DNA of 43,187 bases from a bacterium (GCA_029555085.1 JAKPTO010000043.1:1-43187), one strand, 5' to 3'. Positions 17,735-27,495 are shown, counted from the first letter of the stretch. Made by a program: numbers and translations. Notes: a model not told the origin generated them from the sequence alone.

Positions 17735-18888
17735 CAATACTGATTTTATTTTCTATAAAAACTTGTTCTGCCAGTGATTACAGAGGTATGTTGCTATATT
17801 CAAATGATAAAGCTGTTTTTTATATAGGGCGTGATAATAAAAAATATAATTTTTTAGATTCAGAAACTTATTTAAGTTGGTTTGATAAATTTGATTATGT
17901 TCAATTCGTAGATCAAAAAATTATTGATACATATGAACTTGGCGGAATGGTAAGATACAAATCTGGAAAATATACAAAACCAATAGAAAATCTAGCCACA
18001 GGGACAATTGTAAAAAATATAAACACAAACGAATACTATTACATAGAGAATGGTCTAAAAAGGCCATTTTTGAATGCTCAAGCTTTTTTAGATAATGGTT
18101 TTGATTTTGATTATTTTGTTGAAATGGATTTATCAATATACAAAAATGGCCCATTCATAGAAAAAAAAGAAAATTCCCTAAGACCATTTTCTAAATTTAG
18201 TATTCCTATTATAAAAAACCGCGACCTTGATCAAGATGGATTATCTGATTATGAAGAAGAATATTTTTATTATACTGACTATAATAATAAAGACACTGAT
18301 GGAGATAAAATATCAGACGGAGAAGAAATAAAGAAGAATTTATCACCTATTTATAAAAATAAAAAATTAGTAGAAGTTGACACAGATGGAGATGGTTTAA
18401 ATGATTTTTTTGAACTTGCTTATGGAATTGATTTAAAAAATAAGGACTCTGACGGAGATGGATATACAGATGGAGATGAATTTAAAAATAACTACGACCC
18501 ATCTTCAAATGATGACAAAAAATACGAAAAACTTATAAAAATTGATATCAAAAAACAATTTCTTGAATATTATTTTGGAGATAAATTACTTGATTCATTT
18601 TACATATCAAGCGGAATAAAAGGAATGGACACGCCACTAGGAAATTTCAAAGTTCTAGATAAAGTTTTAAGCAAACAATACGGCGGGCGTGGATATAATT
18701 TTTATTACCCAAATACAAAATGGAATTTGCATTTTACAACTCAAAAATATAGATTTTATATTCATGGCGCATATTGGCACAATAATTTTGGTCACAAAAT
18801 GAGTCATGGCTGTGTAAATGTTTCATATACTGATATGGAACCACTTTATATGTGGGCTGATATTGGAACTAAAATAATTATAAAATAA
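17692..18888 (+). CDS. Exported L,D-transpeptidase (YkuD domain) with TSP3-like Ca-binding repeats
   Basis: Signal-like N-terminus, four DxDxD(G/K)xxD repeats, ISSG...TPLG, and the IHGAYWH...MSHGCVN catalytic motif. Confidence 0.88.
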   Translation: MVKRTQIHTYIGFITILILFSIKTCSASDYRGMLLYSNDKAVFYIGRDNKKYNFLDSETYLSWFDKFDYVQFVDQKIIDTYELGGMVRYKSGKYTKPIENLATGTIVKNINTNEYYYIENGLKRPFLNAQAFLDNGFDFDYFVEMDLSIYKNGPFIEKKENSLRPFSKFSIPIIKNRDLDQDGLSDYEEEYFYYTDYNNKDTDGDKISDGEEIKKNLSPIYKNKKLVEVDTDGDGLNDFFELAYGIDLKNKDSDGDGYTDGDEFKNNYDPSSNDDKKYEKLIKIDIKKQFLEYYFGDKLLDSFYISSGIKGMDTPLGNFKVLDKVLSKQYGGRGYNFYYPNTKWNLHFTTQKYRFYIHGAYWHNNFGHKMSHGCVNVSYTDMEPLYMWADIGTKIIIK

Positions 18889-18990
18889 AAAATATTTTTT
18901 AACTGTATTTACATTGCAATTAAAATAATTTTTCTTATAAAGAAATAATAAATTTCTAATATTTGAAGTAAATTACCTTTAATTTTGTAA

Positions 18991-20199
18991 TTAACTCATT
19001 GAAGAAATAATCTCTGGATTAATTAAAATTATAATTCCCAATATTAATAAAAATATTCCACTTATTAATTTCATTATTCTTAAACCCTTTTCTGAAATCA
19101 TTGTAATTTTTAAACTGAATAATGCAATTAATAAAATTACAAGCTGATCTAAAACATAAAAAAATATATAAACTAAAATATACGAGTAATACATCAGTGG
19201 ACTTAAATTATAAGTTGTTAATATTTTTGTATATGCCATTGGAAACCCAAGTGAACAAAAAAGTTCAATAGTATTCACTCCAGCGGCAAGCATTGCAACG
19301 ATAGGAATTGCCACAAAAAGAGGTACTGAACTTTTTCCAACAGCTGACATTTTTGAAAATATTTTTCTTTGAAATTTTGTAATTAAACTTTCTTTTTTAT
19401 TTTCTGGGGTATCACAAATTTTACATACTATTTTTACAATATACTCTCGTAATAATGTAAAACCAAAAAATATCACAATAAGCGCTACTACAACGGATGC
19501 AAATTTAATATAAGAGAGAAACATGAATAAATTAAGCCACGCGGCAATAAACATAAAATACACCAACCCAGAAACAATTATAAAAGTTCCCCCTATTATA
19601 AGTATTCTCTTTCTATCTCTTGTTCCAATTAAAACCGCGAGTAAAAATGCAAGCGCCATAAGAGCACAAGCATTAAATCCATCTAAAAATCCAAAAATAG
19701 AACTTAATAAAAACGGATGAATGCCTGAAATATTAATTGCTCCCAAAAATGGAATTTTAATTTGTTCTTTTTTTGAAATTCCCTGTATATTTTCGTCGCA
19801 ATTATCTTTTACGGTTTGTTTTTTACATATTGATACATAATTTTCAATTTTTGATTCTAAATTTACTTTTATACTGCTATCAAATCCCAAAAAATACTCA
19901 TTATTTATAAATGTTATTGGAAATAAAGCGTACTCGCTTTCTGAAACATTATAATTTTTATAATATTCTTTTAGTTTTTCTATATTTTCTTGTTTTGTTA
20001 TATCGTATTCATTTACAATAAGTTCTTCAAATTTTAATTGCATCTCATCAAAAAATTTTCTTTCAGCAGTGCAATGTGAACATGTTGGTGAATAAAAAAT
20101 ATCTACAATTAATTTCTCTGTATTTGTTTGTGCATGCGAAAAGATTGGAAAAATTATTGATAATAAAAAAATGAATAAAAATGTTTTTAAAAATTTCAT
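18991..20199 (-). CDS. Exported thioredoxin/glutaredoxin domain fused to a CcdA/DsbD-like transmembrane domain
   Basis: Signal peptide, FYSPTCSHC, FP cis-Pro loop, about six TM helices with DGFNAC and IELFCS cysteines. Confidence 0.75.
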   Translation of the reverse strand: MKFLKTFLFIFLLSIIFPIFSHAQTNTEKLIVDIFYSPTCSHCTAERKFFDEMQLKFEELIVNEYDITKQENIEKLKEYYKNYNVSESEYALFPITFINNEYFLGFDSSIKVNLESKIENYVSICKKQTVKDNCDENIQGISKKEQIKIPFLGAINISGIHPFLLSSIFGFLDGFNACALMALAFLLAVLIGTRDRKRILIIGGTFIIVSGLVYFMFIAAWLNLFMFLSYIKFASVVVALIVIFFGFTLLREYIVKIVCKICDTPENKKESLITKFQRKIFSKMSAVGKSSVPLFVAIPIVAMLAAGVNTIELFCSLGFPMAYTKILTTYNLSPLMYYSYILVYIFFYVLDQLVILLIALFSLKITMISEKGLRIMKLISGIFLLILGIIILINPEIISSMS

Positions 20200-20201
20200 A
20201 T

Positions 20202-20462
20202 TTAAGATTGATTTATTATTTCAATTATTTCTTTTTTTGTTATGATTCCTTTTTTTCTTACAATTTCTTCTCCTGAATCGCTTAAAAATATAAAAGTTGG
20301 TACTTTTGTTATATTATATTGAGATTTTATTTCTTCGTCTTTATCGTAGTCAAAAATTTCCATTGTCACTTCTGGAAATTGTTTTTGGATTTCGTCCCAA
20401 ATTGACTTCATAAAAACAACACACTCGGGACACCAATCTGCCTCAACTCTAATAATTTTCAT
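20202..20462 (-). CDS. Thioredoxin family protein
   Basis: ADWCPEC and VPTFIF motifs; 86 aa. Confidence 0.88.
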   Translation of the reverse strand: MKIIRVEADWCPECVVFMKSIWDEIQKQFPEVTMEIFDYDKDEEIKSQYNITKVPTFIFLSDSGEEIVRKKGIITKKEIIEIINQS

Positions 20463-21710
20463 TTATTTTAAATATTGCAAATTAAGATTTTTGTCATCTT
20501 TCCATGAACCAATGCGTGGAACACCTGAATCAAATACTTGATATGAAGAGAATTTTTTACTTGATAAATCTAAAATATATATAGCCCCTCTTCCTCTTTC
20601 TCTGTCTGATCCATACCCTATTGCTATAGCTAATTTTGATGAGTCTGGGGAAAATTTAAAATCACCAAATTGCATATCAGACCCAGAAACAGGTAACTGA
20701 TATTTAGAATCCTTCATTGTTGCCAAATTTTTTACAATAAATTCATTATTTTCTTCAGAAACAATTCTATAAACCGCTAAACTAGCATCAGAAGAAATAT
20801 CTATATCCGTTATAAGAAAAGATTCCTCTAAATTAGAGAACATATTTTCTATTTTGGAATTTTCTAAATTAACTCTATAAAAACTTGCATATTGACCATA
20901 TAACATATAACCACCAACCTCCTCTGGTTTAAACGCAAAATAAACATATTTTCCTGTTGTTTTTAAAACATCTGGATTTTTGTGAAAACAGCCCCTTACC
21001 GAGGAATTAACATTTTTATTATTAAAAGTAGTGATATTAATTTTTGTTTCTCCATCTTTTATACTAAAATTACCGTTACAAGTTCCTATGTTGATTTGAG
21101 CCTGGGGAATAGATTCAAATTGAAAAGTCGAAACAATTCTCTCCATGTCAGTTCTGAGCGATTCTATAAGTGATTGTTCTGCGTCTTTGTGAAAACTAAA
21201 CGCAAAAACATATTTTTCATTCTCATTTAATTTAACTGGTTTATAATAATCTAATTTTTGTGAATCTTCCCATTTGTTTTTATCAATCATCGCTATATTA
21301 AAAACTGGTTCGTCTTTATCATAATAAAAATCTACTGAATCAAATTTTCCCGCATCAAGTAATAATTGACGCTCTTTGGTCTCATAGTTATTCCAATATT
21401 CGGGTATTAATAAACTAAATCCATATTGTTCATTGTAATATTTTACACCAGTTTGTTGTTCTTGAATATCTGCATTTACAACATCCTGTAATTGGTTTAA
21501 TTGGCTTTGAAGTACTGAAATCCTGTTTTTTGATTCTTCTAATTCTTCCTTGTTTTTATTTAATATTCTTTGTTGACCAACAAATACAATTCCACCAACC
21601 AATGCAGCTGTTATAATAAGTGCGAAAATTATAGCAACTGGTTTTGGTCCAGTGTGTTTAATAATAACCGGCGCTATATCTTGTGTTTTTTTAGCTTTAG
21701 CTCTTGGCAT
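20463..21710 (-). CDS. Membrane-anchored extracellular protein (TM, coiled coil, PsbP-like segment, partial beta-propeller)
   Basis: One TM helix, YYNEQYGFSLLIPEYW...IVSTFQF, and DISSD/KFSPDSSKLAI propeller-like blades. Probable start ATG 21710. Confidence 0.55.
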   Translation of the reverse strand: MPRAKAKKTQDIAPVIIKHTGPKPVAIIFALIITAALVGGIVFVGQQRILNKNKEELEESKNRISVLQSQLNQLQDVVNADIQEQQTGVKYYNEQYGFSLLIPEYWNNYETKERQLLLDAGKFDSVDFYYDKDEPVFNIAMIDKNKWEDSQKLDYYKPVKLNENEKYVFAFSFHKDAEQSLIESLRTDMERIVSTFQFESIPQAQINIGTCNGNFSIKDGETKINITTFNNKNVNSSVRGCFHKNPDVLKTTGKYVYFAFKPEEVGGYMLYGQYASFYRVNLENSKIENMFSNLEESFLITDIDISSDASLAVYRIVSEENNEFIVKNLATMKDSKYQLPVSGSDMQFGDFKFSPDSSKLAIAIGYGSDRERGRGAIYILDLSSKKFSSYQVFDSGVPRIGSWKDDKNLNLQYLK

Positions 21711-21870
21711 ATATTTTCTTGTTCCCTCAAGCAATGCCTGATGTGGAAATTAATTATTATTTAATATATAAATTTCATCTTGTTATAATATAATAACAAA
21801 AACTATAATTAAAATAAATACCTTGCTTTATAAATTTAAAATCAATTATTGTTCTTAATATATTATAAAT

Positions 21871-22599
21871 CTATTTTAGAAGAACAATAAATGACATACC
21901 TATTAAGAAAAAAATAAAATGTAAGATTCCATCTTTTAATTTTGGATGTTTTTTTATTTCCGGAATTAAATCAGAGGATGATATGTAAATAAAACTCCCT
22001 GCTGCAAATGGAAGTAAAAATGAAATATCTTTTTCTTTTATAAAAAAATAAGAAATAACTCCACCGAACACAACTGAAAGTGATGATATAAAATTAAACA
22101 TAAGCGCTTTTGTTTTTTTCCATCCTCCGTGTATTAATATTCCAAAATCTCCTAATTCTTGTGGTATTTCATGGAGCATAACAACAATCCAGGTTATGAT
22201 GCCTAACTTTATATCAAACACAAAAGAAGATCCTATTATAACCCCATCTATAAAATTATGAATAATATCAGCAATTATAACTAAATATGTAAAAGGTTCT
22301 TTATGCTCTGATGGAAGTTTATGACAGTGATGCCAATGTATGAATTGCTCCAATAAAAAAAAGCACGAAAAACCTATTACCACATAAAGAAAAACATTAT
22401 TTTCTAATCCAAAAACCTCAATTGATTCTGGGATGAGATGAAAAAACGCACCGCCTAAAAGCGCGCCAGCTGAAAGAGCTACTAAACAAAGAATACTTTT
22501 TCTTAAAATTTTTTCATTAAAAAAAAGCGTAACTATGCCAATTATAGAAATAAAAGATAAGCTCAGTGTAGAAATTATTATCCAAAGAAATACGCTCAT
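21871..22599 (-). CDS. ZIP family zinc/metal transporter
   Basis: HLIPES, His loop HWHHCH, HNFIDG, HEIPQELGDF. Confidence 0.92.
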   Translation of the reverse strand: MSVFLWIIISTLSLSFISIIGIVTLFFNEKILRKSILCLVALSAGALLGGAFFHLIPESIEVFGLENNVFLYVVIGFSCFFLLEQFIHWHHCHKLPSEHKEPFTYLVIIADIIHNFIDGVIIGSSFVFDIKLGIITWIVVMLHEIPQELGDFGILIHGGWKKTKALMFNFISSLSVVFGGVISYFFIKEKDISFLLPFAAGSFIYISSSDLIPEIKKHPKLKDGILHFIFFLIGMSFIVLLK

Positions 22600-23432
22600 A
22601 ATTTAACCCACAAATTAATTATATTTAGATATCTACTAGCTATTTTCTTTATCGCCTCATCTCTTGTAATTTTATTCTTATAAAAATCCGATATTGCTTC
22701 TAAAAAAATAGTTCTTCCCACCGCAAATCCAATTATTTCTTTAAACCCCTTCGCAGATTTTATCCATTTTTTAATTAAGAGTAAAGATTCCCCGCGACCC
22801 AACATTATAATTTTTGGATTTTTCTGATAAATTTTTATTGATTTTATAACCTTATCCCAATCAGATTTTTTCTCATAACCTTCTATTTTCCAAATACATG
22901 GGAAAATTTTATAAGATAAAATTTCCTCTACTGCCTTTTGTGTAAAATAAAATTTATTAGAAAAATTTGGAGTAAGTAACTCTAAAAGTAAATCAAATTT
23001 ATTCTTTTTGCAAAAATCATAAAGAGTTTTTATTTTCTTTAATTGATTTTTGTTGTCTTTTCTGTAATCATATCTTACTAAAATTTTTACGAAATTTGCT
23101 TTGTTGTTTTTTATATGAGTTCTAAAATTTTTTCCATATTCAAAGTCAAAAAAATCTTGACCACTTTTTTCCGCTGAAACAGATAAAATTATATTTTTCT
23201 TTTTTGCATCTTTTATAATTGACGATCCATATTCTTCATCAATTAAAATTCCCATAAATTGTTTGTATTTTGAATTTTTATATGCACACAAAAAACCTTG
23301 ATAAATAATTTCTTTAAAATCAACTATTGCTGATTTCTCGTTTCTGTTAATATCTTTACCAAATTTAAAATTTTTAATAAAAAAACTTCTGTGATCAAAT
23401 GGTAAGATAAATAAATATTTCTTCTTAAACAT
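22596..23432 (-). CDS. DUF2090 family class-I aldolase-like TIM-barrel protein
   Basis: LPFDHR, ILIDEEYG, EKSGQ..F.FEYG, WKIEG, LGRG, GFAVGRTIF. Confidence 0.8.
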   Translation of the reverse strand: MFKKKYLFILPFDHRSFFIKNFKFGKDINRNEKSAIVDFKEIIYQGFLCAYKNSKYKQFMGILIDEEYGSSIIKDAKKKNIILSVSAEKSGQDFFDFEYGKNFRTHIKNNKANFVKILVRYDYRKDNKNQLKKIKTLYDFCKKNKFDLLLELLTPNFSNKFYFTQKAVEEILSYKIFPCIWKIEGYEKKSDWDKVIKSIKIYQKNPKIIMLGRGESLLLIKKWIKSAKGFKEIIGFAVGRTIFLEAISDFYKNKITRDEAIKKIASRYLNIINLWVKL

Positions 23433-23435
23433 ATT

Positions 23436-25016
23436 TTATTTTATTAATTTAGCTAAATTAATTCCATTCATCTGGGGACTTTGCTTTAAATTTAAAAATG
23501 ATAAAACTGTTGGAGCTATGTCTGACAAAACACCGGAAATCTTCATTTTATATAAATCCTCAGGAGAAAATCCACTATTTTTGCCCTTAAACTTATTATC
23601 AACAATTAAAAAAGGAACCGGAAAATTACTATGTTCTTTATTTATCTCCCCACTTTTTAAATCAACAACCTCTTCTACATTTCCGTGATCAGCTGTTATA
23701 AGCGCTGTTCCGTCCTTTTCTAAAATTATAGGCACAATTTCTGATAAACACTTAGAAACACTTTCAACTGCCATTATAGAGGCCTTTAAATTACCAGTGT
23801 GTCCAACCATATCTGGATTAGCAAAATTAACAACATAAAAATCAAAATTATCTTCTTGTAAATTTTCCTTTATTTTTTCACAAATTTCTAAAGATGACAT
23901 TTCTGGTTTCTCATCATACGAATCAACAGATGGAGATTGAATTAAAATCCTCTCCTCATTTATTAACTTTTCCTCTTTTAAACCATTAAAGAAAAAAGTT
24001 ACGTGAGCATATTTTTCTGTTTCAGCTATATGTAGTTGTTTTAAACCATTTGAACTTACAATTTCTGATAATGTCCCACTGATATCTTGTCTTTTAAATG
24101 CTATTTCAACTGGCAATCCGACTTCATATTCTGTAAAAGTTACCATTAAAATATTACTCACTCTGTCACCTCTTTCAAATTCATTAAAATCATCTAAAAC
24201 AATAGCTTTTGTCATCTGCCTTGCTCTGTCTGCTCTAAAATTAAAAAATATAATTGCATCATTGTCTTCTACGACAGCAACTGGTTTATTATTTTCTGTT
24301 ATAACAACTGGTTTGAATTCTTCATCATATATATTTTTTGCATAAGAAGCCCGAACCGCTAAAACAGGATCATCAAATGATTCTTTTGAAACTCCATGAA
24401 AAATTGCATCATAAGATTCTTTTATTCTCTCCCAGTTATTATTTCTATCCATTGCATAAAATCTTCCAGACAATGTCGCTATTTTACCACAACCATAAAT
24501 ATCCAATGTTTTAATAAGTTCATTTAAAAAATCTACACTTTTATTTTTTGGAGTATCTCTTCCATCTAAAAATAAATGTAAATAAACATTCTCGACTTCA
24601 TTATCTCGCGCTATCTTAATAAGAGATTCTAGATGTGCTCCATATGAGTGTACTCCTCCGGTTCCGAGCAAGCCCATCAAATGTAGAGAACTTTTATTTT
24701 TTTTAACATGTTCTATTGCTTTTAAAATTGACTCATTTTCAAAAAACCCACCATCCAATATTTTTCTGTTTATCCTATTTAAACTCTGGAGAACTATCTG
24801 TCCAGAACCCATAGTAAGGTGCCCCACTTCTGAATTTCCCATTTCTCCATATGGTAAACCAACAGCCTCTCCAGAAGCCTGCAATAAAAAACTAGGATAT
24901 GTGTTTATAAGTTCGTCCCAATAAGAAAGATTTGCTAAAGTTATAGCATTACCAATAGATGGGCGATATACTCCCCAACCATCTAAAATTATTAAAACAA
25001 CAGGTTTAGTAGTCAT
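23436..25016 (-). CDS. gpmI: 2,3-bisphosphoglycerate-independent phosphoglycerate mutase
   Basis: LIILDGWG, MGNSEVGH, GRFYAMDR, AETEKYAHVT, NPDMVGHTG, TADHGN. Confidence 0.97.
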   Translation of the reverse strand: MTTKPVVLIILDGWGVYRPSIGNAITLANLSYWDELINTYPSFLLQASGEAVGLPYGEMGNSEVGHLTMGSGQIVLQSLNRINRKILDGGFFENESILKAIEHVKKNKSSLHLMGLLGTGGVHSYGAHLESLIKIARDNEVENVYLHLFLDGRDTPKNKSVDFLNELIKTLDIYGCGKIATLSGRFYAMDRNNNWERIKESYDAIFHGVSKESFDDPVLAVRASYAKNIYDEEFKPVVITENNKPVAVVEDNDAIIFFNFRADRARQMTKAIVLDDFNEFERGDRVSNILMVTFTEYEVGLPVEIAFKRQDISGTLSEIVSSNGLKQLHIAETEKYAHVTFFFNGLKEEKLINEERILIQSPSVDSYDEKPEMSSLEICEKIKENLQEDNFDFYVVNFANPDMVGHTGNLKASIMAVESVSKCLSEIVPIILEKDGTALITADHGNVEEVVDLKSGEINKEHSNFPVPFLIVDNKFKGKNSGFSPEDLYKMKISGVLSDIAPTVLSFLNLKQSPQMNGINLAKLIK

Positions 25017-25302
25017 ATGTAATTTTACCCCCCTTACCTTCTAAAATTTTTGTAACTGTTTCCCGTATTAGCAAATCTCTTTCTTCGATAATTTTTAAAA
25101 TTTCTTTTCTCTTGTCTAGATCTGTTTCTTTTTCAAGCTCAACAATTCTTTTATTTAGTTTATAAACCTTATCAGTGATTCCCATTAAGACCTTTTCTTT
25201 TTTATCTTCTGGAACATTTAATTGCTGAAAATACCACTCAACAGATCTTTGTTTTATTTCTTCTGTATTATTTTCCATATTATTTTTAGAGATAAACTCC
25301 AT
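25006..25302 (-). CDS. Small helical hypothetical protein
   Basis: 98-aa charged ORF (alternative start 25278) overlapping the gpmI start, consistent with translational coupling. Confidence 0.6.
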   Translation of the reverse strand: MEFISKNNMENNTEEIKQRSVEWYFQQLNVPEDKKEKVLMGITDKVYKLNKRIVELEKETDLDKRKEILKIIEERDLLIRETVTKILEGKGGKITYDY

Positions 25303-25386
25303 AAATATTTAATTACTGTATTATTATAACAAATAATGAACATAATTGAAAAATATAAAAATATGCATATAATTAACTACTGGGGG

Positions 25387-25415
25387 TTGACTTTTATGTT
25401 TTTTAATGATAAATT
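25387..25415 (+). promoter_or_regulatory. Sigma70 promoter for rpsF-ssb-rpsR
   Basis: TTGACT-N17-TAAATT with a TG extension at 25407-25408. Confidence 0.6.
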
Positions 25416-25450
25416 CTTAATATGCTTAAATTTTAGAAATAATAAAAACA

Positions 25451-26062
25451 ATGAATAAATCACACTATGAACTAACATTTATTGTTGATGGGAATATCCC
25501 TGAAACAGAAAACAATAGAATAACTGATGAAATTCAGGATTCTATAAAAGCAAATGGGGCTGAAGTAAATTACTGTCAATGTTTAGGTAGAAAAAAACTT
25601 AGCTATGAAATCAAAAAAAGTCAAAGAGGTACATACTTTGTAATTGAATTTGATGGAGAGGCAAACATTATCAAATTGCTGGAAAAGGATTTAAAATTAA
25701 ATAAAAACCTTTTAAGGTATTTTATTGTAAAAAAACCTAGAAACATAGCTCAAATAAAGCCAGAAAATGTTAAAGATCAAACAGAGCTTAAATCTGAAAA
25801 CACAAAAAGAGAACAAAAAACACACAAGGAAAAAACTGAAAAAAGACTAGCCGAAAAAGTAAAAGAAGAAAAAATAGAAGAAAAAAAGGAAGAAGAAACT
25901 AAAACAGATGAAGAAAAAATTGAGGAAGCTAAAGAGGAAATTAAAGAAGAAATTAAAGAAACAATTGAAGAGGGAGTAAATGAAAAAACAGAGGAAGAAG
26001 CAGAGAAAAAAGACGATCTTGATAAAAAATTAGATGAATTATTAAATAAAGATGAATTTTAA
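25451..26062 (+). CDS. rpsF: 30S ribosomal protein S6 with a long Glu/Lys-rich C-terminal tail
   Basis: YELTFIV, LGRKKLSYEIKK...GTY, LLRYFIVK; rpsF-ssb-rpsR synteny. Confidence 0.93.
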   Translation: MNKSHYELTFIVDGNIPETENNRITDEIQDSIKANGAEVNYCQCLGRKKLSYEIKKSQRGTYFVIEFDGEANIIKLLEKDLKLNKNLLRYFIVKKPRNIAQIKPENVKDQTELKSENTKREQKTHKEKTEKRLAEKVKEEKIEEKKEEETKTDEEKIEEAKEEIKEEIKETIEEGVNEKTEEEAEKKDDLDKKLDELLNKDEF

Positions 26063-26161
26063 TTATAGAATTTTGAACTAAAAATTATAAATAAATTTCA
26101 AAATTTATTAATTAAATAAATCATTCAAAATTCATAATTAATCATTAAATATTCAAATTTT

Positions 26162-26584
26162 ATGGATTTAAACAAAGCTACAATAATAGGTAGATTAACT
26201 GCTGATCCAGAATCTCGCACAACTCCAAATGGACAGACGGTTGTAACCCTAACTGTTGCAACAAATTTTTCATGGACAGATGCAAACGGACAAAAACAAG
26301 AAAAAGCAGAGTTTCATAATGTAGTTGCGTGGAGAAAGTTAGCAGAAATAATAGCTCAGTATTTAAAAAAGGGCAGTAGAGTATATATGGAAGGAAGACT
26401 ACAAACAAGAAGTTGGGAAGATCAAAACGGAAACAAAAAATACAGAACTGAAATAATAGCCGATAATATGATAATGCTTGATTCTAAATCTTCTGATAGT
26501 ACATCACAAAAAGATGGTGAATTAGACACAAAACCATCAGAAACGGATGAAGAAGAAATAAACATTGAAGATATACCATTTTAA
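26162..26584 (+). CDS. ssb: Single-stranded DNA-binding protein
   Basis: LNKATIIGRLTADPE, EGRLQTRSW, C-terminal DIPF. Confidence 0.97.
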   Translation: MDLNKATIIGRLTADPESRTTPNGQTVVTLTVATNFSWTDANGQKQEKAEFHNVVAWRKLAEIIAQYLKKGSRVYMEGRLQTRSWEDQNGNKKYRTEIIADNMIMLDSKSSDSTSQKDGELDTKPSETDEEEINIEDIPF

Positions 26585-26588
26585 AACT

Positions 26589-26810
26589 ATGCAAAAAACA
26601 ACAATCAACAAGAAAAAGTACTGCTATTTTTGTCACAACAACATAAACTTTATTGATTTTAAAGACACTCAAACAATTCAAAGGTTTACAAGTTCATATG
26701 CAAAAATAGTTCCAAGGAAAAGAAGCGGAGTTTGTTCAAGTCATCAAAGAAAACTAGAAACAGCTATCAAAAGAGCCAGATTTATGGCACTTCTTCCTTA
26801 TACAAAATAA
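26589..26810 (+). CDS. rpsR: 30S ribosomal protein S18 (Zn-binding type)
   Basis: CYFC...IDFKD...C..HQR...AIKRARFMALLPY. Start ATG 26589. Confidence 0.95.
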   Translation: MQKTTINKKKYCYFCHNNINFIDFKDTQTIQRFTSSYAKIVPRKRSGVCSSHQRKLETAIKRARFMALLPYTK

Positions 26811-26825
26811 TTTTTACATTATTTT

Positions 26826-26853
26826 TTCAATCACGCACCTAAGCGTGATTGAA
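26826..26853 (+). terminator. 11-bp hairpin after rpsR
   Basis: TTCAATCACGC-ACCTAA-GCGTGATTGAA followed by a short TTTATT. Confidence 0.6.
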
Positions 26854-26874
26854 TTTATTAAAGGATAAAAATAT

Positions 26875-27435
26875 ATGTTAGATTTTAGTGAAATAAAATT
26901 AGGAAAAATTATTACTTTGAACGATCAACCATATAAAGTAGTTTCAACACAACACTCAAAGCAAGCAAGAAGCGGTGCTGTGCTTCGTACAAAACTTAAA
27001 AATCTTATCAATGGATCTGTTTTGGAAAAAACATTCACTGGCTCAGATCGCGCAGAAGAAGCTGATTTAGAAAGAACAAAAGCTAGTTTTCTTTATGCTG
27101 ATGGAGAAAATTACAACTTTATGGATCAGGAAACTTTTGAACAATTCTCTTTTTCAAAAGAAGATATAGGCGAACAAGTTCAATTTTTAAAAGACGGAAC
27201 AGTAGTTGATATATTAAAATTTAATGGAAAATCTATAAACATAGGACTTCCTACAAAAATGGAATTCAAAGTAATATCAGCTCCTCCTGGTATAAAAGGT
27301 GATACAGCAGGAAGCGCTACAAAACTTGTTACAATAGAAACAGGTGCTCAAATAAAATGTCCCTTATTTGTAAATGAAGGCGATATAATAAGAGTAAACA
27401 CGGAAACCAATGACTATGTAGAAAGAGTAAAATAA
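26875..27435 (+). CDS. efp: Elongation factor P
   Basis: RTKLKNL, FMDQETFEQ, PGIKGDTA, ETGA...PLFVNEGD...YVER. Confidence 0.96.
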   Translation: MLDFSEIKLGKIITLNDQPYKVVSTQHSKQARSGAVLRTKLKNLINGSVLEKTFTGSDRAEEADLERTKASFLYADGENYNFMDQETFEQFSFSKEDIGEQVQFLKDGTVVDILKFNGKSINIGLPTKMEFKVISAPPGIKGDTAGSATKLVTIETGAQIKCPLFVNEGDIIRVNTETNDYVERVK

Positions 27436-27459
27436 ACTTCCATCATAAAAGTATTTTGT

Positions 27460-27495
27460 AATAAAAAATGATTTATTGATAAATCATTTTTTATT
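27460..27495. terminator. Perfect 17-bp inverted repeat between convergent genes
   Basis: AATAAAAAATGATTTAT-TG-ATAAATCATTTTTTATT. Confidence 0.7.
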
